Positions 25,457 through 37,933 of a stretch of DNA of 64,000 bases are shown one piece after another. Numbering within the stretch: position 1 is the first letter of the stretch; every line of letters begins with the position of its first letter. The notes under the pieces were generated by a model. That model saw only the letters and a list, made by a program, of their open reading frames with translations. It had not been told where the DNA came from and did no database searches. The DNA comes from Paecilomyces variotii (taxonomy: Eukaryota): assembly GCA_004022145.1 (NCBI GenBank), contig RCNU01000001.1; one strand, written 5' to 3'. Position numbers and translations under genes: made by a program.

Positions 25457-26754
25457 TTAACCCTGTCTCTTTCTGCGACCGACCTGTCCACGGAAACCAG
25501 TCTTGATGGCCGTAACGGAACGACGGGATCCGCAAGAGTTGCAGGTAACGAAGTAGAGACGGTTTTCACCCTTGTTGAGCTCAGTGTCGGGACTGCGGCA
25601 GGTCTTGCAGGTAACGTATTCAACTATGAATCAAACTTGTTAGCTTCTGATTATCTTGGGGAAGTTAGACAAAGGAGCGTTAGCATACCGATGTATCTTC
25701 GAAGAACGTTCTCGATCTGCTTCTGCTGGAAACGACCCTTGATAACCAGACGTCTGCTTCCGTCCACACTTCCGCTGGTACCCAATTCGGCGAACAGGAA
25801 CTGCATAACGTGGTCGTCCGAACGCTTCATACGCTTGCAGATATCGGCGATATTGGCGAAAATGGTACGACGGTTACCTTCACGCAGACACTGAGGCGGG
25901 GGAATCTTGTATGATTTGGAACCGCTGGACAGCAGATCGGGGTGGTGACTCTGGATGAGGGAGAAGAAGCGCTTGACGAGCAGCTGGTAAGGGATCGCTT
26001 GTGTCGAGTCGTGTTGCCAGATACCAGTTCCAGCCTCGAGGTCACCTTCCGGTACCTCCTCAGCCTTTTCCTCTGCACCCTCCTCCGCGACACCGGCTTC
26101 AGCGAGCTTGGCCTCGAAATCATCAACCTTCTTGACCTTCTTGGTCTTCTTCTTCTTCAAGGCGCTGAGGTCCAGCTCTCCATCGGCAGCTGGTGCGGCC
26201 TCCTCGCCCTCTGCAGACTCTTCCTTGGGCTTCTTCGTCTTTTTCTTTTTTGACAGACCCTTGAAAAGCTCTGTCACTTCATCGACGTCCTTGTCCGGCG
26301 ACGCTGGTCCTTCGCATCGACGTTAGAGAAATCCGACGCACATGATTTGGGGCGAGATAAAAGAACAAAACTCACCAGCAGAATGCTTCTCAGCCGTCAC
26401 CTTATCCTCAGCATGGCTGGCTTCTCTGATCTCGCCGTTGGCATCCATGATTGTTGCACCTTCGCTAAAGGCTACGGACTTGCGGTGTTTCGGAGGCGCG
26501 GTCTGAACTTCCTTCACCGGGCAAGAAAATGAGTCAGTAAAGGGCACAAGAGTAAGTGAAGAGCCGTCTGGTGCTGGTTAGGTTGAGCGCAACCACCTGC
26601 TAGAGACACGAGAGCCCGGGAAGTGGGTATGGTGGCAACGCAAGCGTGGTGTTGCCGAGGGGTAGTAGTATTATTATGAGAGGCGTGGGTTTAAAGAAAA
26701 TGTGGGAGGCTCAATCGGCAAAAGGGAGAGGGTGTGACGTACAGTTTCCGCCAT
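25457..26754 (-). CDS. SUI3: Eukaryotic translation initiation factor 2 subunit beta; 4 exons
   Basis: Exons 26754-26743, 26511-26376, ~26309/26303-25689, 25623-25457. Lysine boxes, [24 protein letters not shown]2-C2 zinc ribbon [12 protein letters not shown]...[10 protein letters not shown]. Confidence 0.96.
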
Positions 26755-26918
26755 ATTGGTTTGCACTGAGAGATGCGAACAACAACCAGCACGATCGATG
26801 ATAGGATCCGTATGCGAAGAGGCACGGCGAACAAGGAGAACAAGACTGAAGGATACTTCTCACTCGATGACTCGAATCTCCTGGACTGCGATGGCAATCG
26901 GTTTATCGCCCGTCCCTC

Positions 26919-27001
26919 TCACGTGATCTCTTTGGGCCAAAAAGGCAGGAGTAATCGTATTACCGTAATCTTGTAATCACGTGGCTTCGCGCTTGACGTC
27001 G
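26919..27001. promoter_or_regulatory. Two CACGTG E-boxes and a CRE-like TGACGTC in the SUI3/MIM2 divergent promoter
   Basis: CACGTG at 26920-26925 and 26978-26983, TGACGTC at 26994-27000, inside a 436-bp head-to-head gap. Function is inferred. Confidence 0.45.
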
Positions 27002-27190
27002 TGAGGAGACATCAACATCGAGCTCACTGCTGGCTTCGTTCGGGATCTACCTGCACAAACAAGAGTCTGCTCATGCTCGAATTCATTTGCGGGCGGTAGG
27101 GCGGCTGCCGCGGTGTCTGATCCGTCATTCAAACACGAATCCTCGTTGCCTTCTCCCCACTGCTCAGCTTCTTGCTACACCACTATCACC

Positions 27191-27644
27191 ATGTCTACCT
27201 CCGGCCCATCCCCGGGATACTCCCCCTCCGCCTCGGCTTATATGGTCTCCTCAAACTACAACACATATCACTCTAACTCAGATGATGAGGTAGCTTCATT
27301 GCCTTCTGAGTCCACCAGCGGTTCCGACGTCGGGTCGCTGTCAGACGACGACTATTCGGATGCAGACGAGGAATGGAAAGAAAGTATCCAGCAACTGGAA
27401 TTGCTGTTGACGATGGTCCTAGTTCCGTTTATTGGGAAATACATGGGTAGGCGATGCGCCTATTGGGGTATGTTCCCATTGCATTGCAAATAAAGCCCCT
27501 CGAGAGTTAGAATCGCTTCACTAACGGGTTGTCCCTGCAGGATGGACAAAGTTCATGGAATGGAAATACCCCGTGGAGATTGTCGTGACAAACAAAGCTG
27601 CTTTCAAAGGCACTGGAGCTGTTGAGGCTGCGTCATCATTGTGA
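27191..27644 (+). CDS. MIM2: Mitochondrial import protein Mim2-like; 2 exons
   Basis: Exons 27191-27467 and 27541-27644. Acidic Ser-rich N-terminus then DADEEWKESIQQLELLLTMVLVPFIGKYMGRRCAYWGW. Confidence 0.8.
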
Positions 27645-28200
27645 TTATCCCTGTAGGGAATATTCAACCGTTCATAGAAGTTTTCGCCATGAGCGATGGG
27701 ATCTGGCGTACGGTTTTACGCGGGTGGATGAAGTCCTAAATGTTCATAAGTCTTAGAAGCATCGTGCTTGCGCAAATATACATTTGCAGAATTAATCAAA
27801 GCAGCTCTTCCAATCCAGTTGAAGTTTCCAAGCACTGCAGACCTTCGCGGCCCTATTTGACCATGCGTTGGAGGCTAGGAATTATACATTGAAATCAACT
27901 AGAACCAAGACAAACCTAACATCTTGCATGAATGTTGACTTCGACTGGTAGGTACTGAGAGAAGAGAGCTTCATGGGTGGTGTTAAATGCAGGGGCCTTT
28001 TATCTATCTGATTAGAAACAGACAAACAGGGACACGTGATGCAATGGTTATTCTGGAACAACCTCAGGGCCCCATCAGACATCCGGTCTTGAACTGATCT
28101 ATCAATCCCATGCTGTTAAATCAGACCAGTCCTGGCATAATAAGTTGCAGAATGGCCAGCAAAATATCACTATGCTTTTCAATCCTTCCAAAGAGCGGCC

Positions 28201-29177
28201 TCACTTCTCGCTGGTATGCTTTGCCATTTTGGCTACTCTCTCAGCGTTTTCTTTTGCAGCTCTCTTCCGCACTTCAATTGTCTCGGAGCTCCCAAACGGT
28301 ATACCCATCTCCGCTAGAGCAGGTCTGGCAAAATATGAGGGGTCACTACAACCGTCAGGGGCCAAGAAACGCTCCAATGGACTCTCCTGGAACAACTCCT
28401 GCCTTGGTCTAAACAACTTCAGGGAATCTGAGCTCTGCCCTTCATCTTTCCTATGAGCGAGTGCACCCGTTTCATTCGCAGCTCGGGATGACGGATCTTG
28501 ATAATGAGACATGGCCATCCCGAGCTGCGAATGGAAGAGACACACTCGCTCATCATTTATGACTTTGTCGACCCAGCTGTGATCATTCCCCTGATTCTGT
28601 TTGAAAAACCGTCAGCTCATAGACATGATGATACCGTGTATACAGCTTACGCTTCTAAAGAGTGCTTCTTGCTCCTCAAGAAGCTCCTTGGTGAGCCTGG
28701 TGTTTCCAGTATCACGGTGCATGGTGCGTGAGGACAGCAACTCTCTAGGAATGCGATCTGGAATATGGTTCAGCGATTTGAAGAAACGATCTATCTGAGA
28801 AAGAGGCATCATACTGACTAGGAGACCTTGCTACTAACTGACCTCAACGTTTCTATTATCTCGCTGACCTCTGTTTCCAGAATTATGACTCAGTTTCTTG
28901 TGGACAGATCGCATAAGTTTTGTGTTAAGATAAGGATGCTCGTTATTGTGTCTAACTGGATATTCGCGAAACTGGACATAGAGTTATTTGCTTTTCTCAG
29001 AGGAAATATGGACACAGTCTTCCATTTATGGCTGAATATCATGCCACAGTGCTCCATGTCAATCCTGGAGGTTAGTATGCGGACGACATCGAAGACATGT
29101 TTCCACATGGATCGGAGCTCAGTGTGTATTAGGGTGGAAGGGCTATCTAGTGTGTTACTTGGTACATGGTTGTCCAT
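28201..29177 (-). CDS. Hypothetical multi-exon protein (model uncertain; 5' end may extend upstream)
   Basis: ORF pieces 29177-~29016, ~28971-28843, 28794-28651 and 28596-28201 can be joined in frame. Intron 28650-28597 is textbook (GTAAGC...GCTGAC...CAG); the other introns are weak. No family recognised. Confidence 0.45.
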
Positions 29178-31757
29178 ATTGGGTCATGTAGAGCTACTCG
29201 GGGCTCTAGTTACCACTTGCAGTAGGTGACCTGCGCCCATGATTTGGCTGAGATGTCAGGGTAGACTCTAACATATGTCCCTTTGGCTCGCAACATGATA
29301 CGAATCAGCCCAGCATCCTTGAATCTAAGGCAACCGGTTACTGTCTTGAGACAGAGACATCAGTTTCCCTGGAAAGCAGCGTCAGACCGTCTATCTCCGG
29401 GACATTAAACTTCCTACCAATGCCTTCTTGACGCCTCATTTGCCCGGAAGCATGCGTAACTCCGCGGACTACTGCATAATAATCACGGGCCGTCAGCCGT
29501 GCAGGGGGAATAGCTTAATCCGATATATGAAGGCGGGGTCTAAAATCCACTTACCGTTGTGCCGGACTCACCGGACACATAGTGCTTGGATTTGCAGAGG
29601 CTCTGTCAAGAAACTTGCCGTTATTGGATTTGTGACAAGGTTTCAGCATTCCAGACCCTTATAATAGCTGAAAGCTCATACTGTCTTAGGCAGACTAGTG
29701 TGAATAAATGCACGACTGGTTCCTTTATAGTGTCCTTCCCAAACTTTAAACTCTCCGAAAGTCTGATATGGGGCCCAAGAGGACGGTTTCACCGCCTCAA
29801 TTTCCAGTTTCTTGGGTCGCCCAACACCTACATGAAAGAGCCTCATTTTTGAAAAGGTGATTCATAGTTCCTACTATGCAATAGCTCATTTTCATGGCAG
29901 AATCATACCATATTGCCGGTAATCATTATACTCTTGGTACTCGACCCGTCACCCGAAGACTATACCTTTGTTGCATCCATCAGAAGTCTACCTCTCATAC
30001 TGATCACCGAATCCAAGGCAGCTTGATATCGGTACTCCACTGACAAATTGGATAACTATGACAGCAAAAGGAACTGGAACTTGCTGCGCTCCACATGTGG
30101 AAGATGCGTACCACGCAACAATATGTCTTTCGATACGCCAGTGCGGGGTTTTAGAAGCACAATACGGAGTAGACAAGACGTGGGCTGGGAATCCCAAGGC
30201 TCCGGGTCTCCCATACTTACTGGGTCAAGGCTCCCGACGCTCAGGTTGCTCAATTTCGCTTCCACTGTGTCGGGTCGTCTGGAAGACCATATCTATCATT
30301 GAGAACCACTTCGGGAACCGGAACACCGTCCCGTGTCATCCGACAAAAGTACCGACTATCAATCACCCACTTTCTCTGTTCCCTGGAGCTCGAAAGCCCC
30401 AATCACATCAGGCTAGGTGGTTAGAATTGAGGCTTTTGCTGCACACCGCTCCATTGTCGACTTCTTCGCATTGCGGTTCTCGTACTTTTGACAGACTTTA
30501 GTTCGATTCATTTCATCAGACAATGTCCCTAAGGGAGTCTCCACGCAAGGTCCCTAAGCAAAGAATTTTTATTTTTTTTTTCTCCCAAAATACAGGATAA
30601 TCTAGGATTAGGGCGGAACATACAGAAGCGTCTAGTGAATCCAGCAAAGGTTCCGAGAGCTGGTACTGTACATTTTCCCTGTCACAGGCTATGTACAGGG
30701 CCAGGAACGGCATGGAAATTCCTCAATCTCACTCTCATGCGACCTACCAGCCCACCCTTATTATTTTTACTGCACATAGATACCGTTCCCGAATAATTGG
30801 TTTTACTTTCCGGAGACATCTATCAAAAAGGCAACCATTGGCCAGGCTGATAGGGAACTATGTACGTACACTTCATTCCCACACAAGGGCCGTGCCCTGC
30901 TTCTACTCAGTTAGCGCTAAATACTGGATAACAGACAGTCTAACGCAGAAGATATCTTCCTAATCTATGGAATTATGCTATTATTCTTTGATAAGAGATG
31001 TCTGAGTCCACAGGAAATACACTTAGGACTATGCTCATGTGTTTCTTAGGAGGGAACTTTTTATCTTTGATTTTCTCTTTTTCCAATGCTCTGATTTTGA
31101 AATCGGCTTTTCAACCTCAAAGGGTTCTACCTATGTACTTCTCATATGTAGTAGGTTTGAAGAGTGGGGATAAACTGAGCAATTCCGGGAGCGGGATTTA
31201 GTTTGGCGATTTCTGGGTCCCGTGTGCCATTACTTTCAGGCTCTTGAATTCTCTGGCGACGAGGCTGCAGCGTGCATCATTTCTCTTCGAAACTGTATAT
31301 ATGCTCTTGTTCTGTAAAAGGTCGATAAAGCGAGCATGTCATAAATAAGGCCAGTGTTTCCTAATTTCGGGTTTCAATGCAGGAGTTGCCTGAAACCGGG
31401 GCCCATCTGCCATTCGTAGCCGGTTCGCGGACATGGAATTAGGACCAAAGAATAGGGCTGGATTCCCGGATATGGAGCAGTTATCTCGTATATTGGTGAT
31501 CTTCTCTGACTTTTTCTTCCGTTCCCTGACGCAATACACATTATGTACCAGAGAATCAGAAAAGAGGCTGTCTGTCTTGACGAGCATAGTATGTGATAAT
31601 ACAAAAGTATTGCAAACGCCAGTTTGTGTGGACCAATTCCCATATCAATCTAATCGTGCAATTTATTAAAACCAGAAAGTCCTGCTAGTCTAATACCCAT
31701 AATCCCAAAGCCTTTCAAGGTACCAGACATGGCATCAGGATCTCAATTGAAGCTCTC

Positions 31758-34217
31758 TCAATACAGCCTATTCTGTCGCCAAAACGCCGGAGGTCCGCAA
31801 TCCCTCTCAGTTGTGTTCTTGAGAGAACTAGAATGGTGTGTCTGTTCCAAAAGAGCCGAATGCTGTGTTGCTAAGTCTTGCATGTGCGGGCTTTTATGAA
31901 GGGAGTCTGCAGCCAGCGGAAAAGAGGAGTCCCACGTCGGTAACTGACTTGTATATGGGCGTGATACTTCCGGCAGGAAATATCGAGGTTCTTTCGAGAT
32001 GGCACCACGAAGTGTCGAACCCAGTATGGGCTGTGCAAACGGAATATCTGACAGAAACTTATCGTGAGATCCATGTGCGACTCCAGCGCGAGACCCTGGA
32101 GAAAGTGTCAGGAAGCCTGGTAACTCATCCTGAAACTCCCATTTGTCGAATTCCTCGTTCTTCATATCAAGGATTTCTTCGACGGTGTGTGAATTTCCGT
32201 ATAGATTAAACAAAATGTCATCGACACTTGGAATGCTAGCACTGATAGCATATTCTGTCTGGAGGTCAAGCGATCCAGTGGGTCCTTGGTGTTGACTAAA
32301 ACACTCATCGCCCTTTTCGATCTCTCTATCTCCAACCTCTTTGGCATCCGAATTACTAATGTAATATGTGGCTGGTGGTTTGCAGTGGTCAAATGGCAAT
32401 TCTCCTTCGCCCACCGACCATGGTGACTTGCCGGTGATCTTCTCAGCTAGCATCACCTGTGACGCAGAACGGTTCGTCGGGCTCACATGAACAGAAAACT
32501 CCGTAGACCTTTCGTGTGAGAGATTGTTCTGAGGATGGCCCCTTGACAACAGCTCAGCGTGGTTTGGATGCGTGCTTCTATAATTTCCGGGATGATGTTT
32601 GCTTCTGGTGTTCATGGAATACTGTCTGTTCCCTAGGTCGACCACCAGTTTCTCAGTACCAGAAGTGTCGTCCTGGAGACTTTGCAAGTGTTCTCGATGT
32701 TCGGAGAGCTTCTTCAGATCCTCTAGATTGTAGTACGCCTTCTTATCCTCAGCAACTGCGTATCTTTCATCATTTCGAGGGTTTGACTCATTCAAGAGAA
32801 TCCCAGTCACGTATGTCAACAGAGACGGATCCAGTTCTTGAGAGTGAGCTGCTGCCTCCCTGTCTGGATAAGGACAGATAACTGAAGAGTCGGGGTCCAT
32901 TGACATCTTCTGAGAGCAGCGGGTGTTCGTGTTAGTTGTTCTGTCGGGAAGTAACCGAGAATAGTTGTTAGATTGACTAAGTTGCTTTTCCTCGACAGCG
33001 GTGAAGTTGTCATAATTTGTGGACGGTGAATCCCTGAGGTCGCAATCTCATGACAATGAATCTCTTGACCATTTTCTTTGCAGTTCTTCTGTCTGGCAGC
33101 CTGTGTGTCGACAGGTCGGACAGCTGTGGAAAAATATTGTGATATTTTTCTGTATGACCTTTCTGCTGGGCTTGGCTGAAGATATCGCTCCTCTGTCGCT
33201 TGTTTATCTCTGTGATCATCTCGATGTCCGCGTTTGTGGAGGAAGTTCATTTCTGAAAATGTGAGATCCGGGACTAATGGTAAATGTTAGATGTGCACAT
33301 TATGCAATCCGGATATACAAGGTGTGCGTACGATCTCGCGGTTTCACAGGGGTGGATGTTCTGCCTTTCCCGAATATGCCCATTCTGTGACCGGGTTGTA
33401 CCTGAGTAAAAAGAATCAGAAATGTATAGCACAGAACGACTGTTCTAATTGTCTTACCGTTAGACGGTCAGTTGTGACATTAGCAGCATTGAAGTCTTCG
33501 CTGATCTGCGTATGTCTTCTTCTTTTTCTTCTTGGTTTGTTATTCCTTTGTCTTGAAGTGGATGCAATCCGCTGGGGAATTGTTGTCGCCTTCGGTTGAT
33601 ATCGATCCGGTCTAGTTTTTGCTCGAGACTTCCTTTCATATTTCTTTTCGACAATCCTTCTTCTTTTAGTATTAGCTGTTTTCGAACCCAATTCTAATGT
33701 AAGGCCCTGTACTTTCTCGGTTACAGGAGAATGGAGGACAACTTCGTCGTCCGAAATCACGCGTCGACTTTTTTGCACTGAATTTCCTTGAATCCCTAAA
33801 AGGTTGCCTTGACAAATTGAAGTTGTCCTGTTCCCTCCACGGTCATATACATCGGGAGTATGATAGAACCTGGCATTTGGAGAATCATGTGGGTTACGCG
33901 CACGGAAAGTATTAAGACCATGGTCTACCTGGTCACTGTCTGATCTGGTCAGCCTGATTCTGCATGACATCAACCAAGGGGGCTCTGTTACATGGAAACT
34001 GCAACGGATTTGCATGGATATTTTCAGAGCGCTGTTGTTGTATCAGCTCGTGCGATGTTTTGTTCTGGTTCTGCACTTCCTCTGGGGCATTGCACTCCCG
34101 TATCGGAGCTCTCGTTCCGTTAAAGTCATCAGACGTGCGTTTTGTGTGTAGGCCAGAAGGCACCTCGGTTTCAGAGAGCCATTTAAATATGTAGGAGGTT
34201 TTGTCAATACCAGCCAT
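31758..34217 (-). CDS. Uncharacterised, largely low-complexity basic protein with short conserved-looking motifs
   Basis: Canonical introns 33457-33402 and 33331-33274 give KYERKSRAKTRPDRY...FNAANVTTDRLT|VQPGHRMGIFGKGRTS...LPDLTFSEMNFL; ends FWRQNRLY*. The first intron (~34097-34032) and the last junction (~32977-32910) are uncertain. Confidence 0.65.
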
Positions 34218-36640
34218 ATCTCAGGCTTTCGATATATGAACCAGCTCTGTCCAAGCAAGAATCTGGCTCGAGCTTAAGAAAGTCATTCAAACGAGGCACT
34301 TCTGATCTATCTCCGAACAAAGAGATCGGCCCAGATGAAGGTTATTGTGTCTTCATTTCTATCATCATTGCTAGGTAACCCGTATGATTGCTCTGGTGTA
34401 CAAGGTAGGTAAGCATAAGGAAGCTAAATTGGGCAACTGCGTCGTCGCTAACCAGTCCCGCTCACACTTGACTGTCAAGCTCTGTTTACCACCGTTTCCA
34501 GCAGGCGACTACACGAATGCCATTCATCCCACGAGCATTGAAAACAATACGAGCAATGGACTTATCATGGCTCAGCCGAAATCAGATCACATCGGTAACG
34601 GTCAACAGCAATGTATCGATCTGCGTCTGAAGAGGAAGCCAGTGACCGTATCACGACTCAGATCACTCATGCAAATTCGTGACGAGTCATTGTGCTGGAG
34701 GCCCCCACCAATGCAGATGGTACCATGTTATAGAAGCTGACGTTTCAAGTGTTCAGAGCGACTGTTGAAGCTGCATCGCGGCGATCGCGTGGACGACGGG
34801 CTCGATCAATCGCCTAGAGACCGACAAAAACGGCCTTTGAGCAGTAGCCAGCATGTGGTCCTATCGTGAAACATCTGATAACGGTTCTATCTTACCATAT
34901 GTCCGCCATTGATGGAAATGTCGCAACGATCCCCATGATGCAAGAGACGAGTGGCATTGGGGCGAACCCCAGTTGGTTCCAAGAAGCGGAGATCAACCTT
35001 GTTTGATTGAGGGATAAAGGGCTCGTTGCTCTGACGATCGCCTTTGATATACTGCAAGCCTGCAACGGATCGATAGCTCTAGCATTGGCGGAAAAGTAAA
35101 CCAGAAGAATGGCCAACCGCGTCGTTTGGGGAGATGACCGTTAGGCGCGCATCGCTGCAAGTTCAGGTGATCCGCTAAGCTCCGCAGCTTAGCCGGCAAT
35201 TCTCAACAGCTTTGCCCCGTTGAGAGATTCATGATAATAGTTAACTCGATCATTTGGTCAGAGCTCCAGCAGAACACGGTTGTCGCTCCAAGATATAGGC
35301 GGAGAGCTCCAATGTAGTCCCTGCCGCAAAGGCTACACTATCTACTGGGTCTGCCCTGCAGCCGTCAGCATTCGCCGCAAGGATTTGCCGCATCTTCAAT
35401 CCCATCCACATCGGATGTCGAGGGATCTACGCTTGCGCTGCGGTACGTTCCGGCCGAGATGGACAATGATGGGTGACCACGAAACTGGCTGTCCTTCTCA
35501 AGTTCTCAGTGGCCCCGGAGGAGCTGCTGCAGGAAAACTCATGCCAGGGTCCTTTAGCTCGGATTAGATACTTAAAAGGCTGCGGGCATCTGCCTGGACT
35601 CGATCACTAGAGAACATCACCACCTGCAATAAGCATACCGCAACTGGGTCCCCTCGGTTGATTCCTCGTCGTCTGGAAAAGGCTCGAGAAGCTTGGATTT
35701 CGTACAAGTTCGCAGAATATCTTCACTGTCTACGACTGGATACACAGAATAGCGACTCGAGTTGGCTCTCCAGAACAGTCCCCGGTAAAGTCATATCACT
35801 CCATGAGTCCATGTACAGGCTAGGTACAGGTTCTTGCCGAGGCCGGTCCGAGCACTTCGTTATAGGGTTTCAGATTAGTACATTTTAGTGTATATCATGC
35901 ACATCCCATCCATCGTTCGCCCAGGGTCTCCAAGCTCTAGATGTACGGCGCTGGACTCTGCTCGTCTAGCCATCGCAGCCCCTCTTATGTCTACTCCACC
36001 GCTGTCCACCGTCCATGACAGCGGCCCAGTCTCCAGAACAAGAGGAATCGATCTTGGGATTGATTGGGGATGAAGTGTGCGTCAGCCGGTGTTAGCGCAC
36101 CGGTTCTCTCCAATCCTCTCACCAGGCGTGCCCTTAGGTCGTCTTAGAGGTCTTTTGCCCATAACACCCGTGGCCGGCTCCTCGTTCTTTTCGTTCCTGG
36201 GCTTTATCTTGTCGCGACCCCTCCTTTATCCACGGCAGCCTCTTCTCCTCCCACCATCCATTTCTGATTTGGACCTCCGGCACATCTGTCCATCTGCATC
36301 CGCTGCAGACTTAGTCCAGCGTTGTCTGACAACACACAACGATACGATCAGACTTTGATATCTGACTAGCTTTGACGGAAAATCCAAAAAAATGTAAACC
36401 CCTTACCTTCCTACATGTCAAAGTTACAAATATCTTTCGTGGCGATCGATCTCGTCGCGAAGCTCGAATAAAGAAAGACTGCTGTGCGCTCACCTGCCGT
36501 GCTAGCAGATCGACCTTTGGCCTAGACTCTTCTTCTCGAGATCAACAGAAAGATCTATCGAGTTTGAGGCTTAACATCTACTGACACATCTACGACAGTC
36601 CTTCTATTTCTCTCCGAAAGAACCCCCTCCGGACATCAAT

Positions 36641-37381
36641 ATGTCCAAGCTCTTTGTCGGGTTTGTCTTCATTTTTTCCTTGCTTTCTGCTCACTTGATG
36701 TCTCTCTTTGACTGATAACGTATGGAATGAAGCGGCCTCGCTTGGCACACAACCGATGAGACCCTGCGGCAGGGATTTGAGAAGCATGGAGCGATCGAGG
36801 AAGCCGTCAGTTGTTCTAATACGTCTTACTCATTGATGTGCTTCGTTTCCGTGGAATCTGACTCGATTCCTCGCCATGGTACAGATCGTTGTGAAAGACC
36901 GTGACACGAACCGCAGCCGCGGATTCGGGTTCGTCCGCTTCACAAACCCTGAAGATGCAGATGCCGCGATGAATGCTATGACAAATCAAGAGTAAGTCGA
37001 CGGACATACAGCATCCCCGTAGTCGAATATAATCAGATTGATATTGAATTGACACATCTATCAGATTTGATGGCCGCATTATCAGGGTCGACAAGGCCTC
37101 TGAGCGTACCGGACCCCGCAACGACGGCGGTTTCCATGGTCGCGGCGGTTACAACCGCACAGATGGTAACAGTGGCGGTTACAATCGTGGCGGGTACAAT
37201 CGCGCGGAAGGTGGTAGTTATGGTAAGTGGTTCCTGAATGTTGTAATGCGAATGCAGCAGCTAAACTATCTTTCATAGGTGGTTACGGACAAGGTAGGTA
37301 AATCCTGCTCGATCATGCAGAACTCCGTCTCGAGATGAGGAATCAGAGCTGACCCCGACCCAAGGAGGATATAGCCAGTAA
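36641..37381 (+). CDS. Glycine-rich RNA-binding protein (single RRM plus RGG/GY tail); 6 exons
   Basis: Not in the ORF track. Exons 36641-36660, 36733-36805, 36885-36991, 37065-37222, 37279-37293, 37365-37381. RNP2 KLFVGGLAW, RNP1 [19 protein letters not shown], tail RGGYNR...GGYGQGGYSQ*. Confidence 0.92.
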
Positions 37382-37933
37382 GTCCCTTGCACGTCAATCA
37401 CCGGGCCAGGAAGTCTTCTAGCAGTATGGATCGATGAGACGCGATGGTGTGTTCCTGGATGATTTGACCTGCCGGTTACAATCTGAGTGCTGGATGGATC
37501 GAAGTTGTCTTTTCTATCTCTTGCAAGGCTTACAGTCTGGGAATGATCATAATGAATGCAGATGAAGGATCTCATGTTTCTATCGGGACGCATCGTTTGT
37601 TTGTTTGGGAGATTGCAAGTGCTTCGAATGTGATGAACTTTATTCCCCCTAGGCCATCAAAAAATCTGTTTCAAGCTCATGATGCATCCACAATAAGGGC
37701 CAGTGGGCATTTGCTTTATCATTTTCATTATGTCAAACGGTGTACGCGCCGTTACAACAAAAGCACTTGTCTCATGATGACGAAGATCTCTCTTTACGTG
37801 GTACGATTCCAGTTCCTGTTTTCTTCAAATCCCCAGTCTATCGAAAACCGTAGCTTCGTTGTTTGTCTTCTATGTGAAAGTCTAAAGCATCCAAATATGG
37901 TTGCGATATTCAGGGTCCATGCTGGGAGTCAGA

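Noticed and set aside
34384..36073. Several 60-120 aa ORFs and an 8-bp inverted repeat (GCTAAGCT/AGCTTAGC near 35173-35195)
   Set aside because: No coherent exon chain or motifs; one short hairpin is expected by chance.
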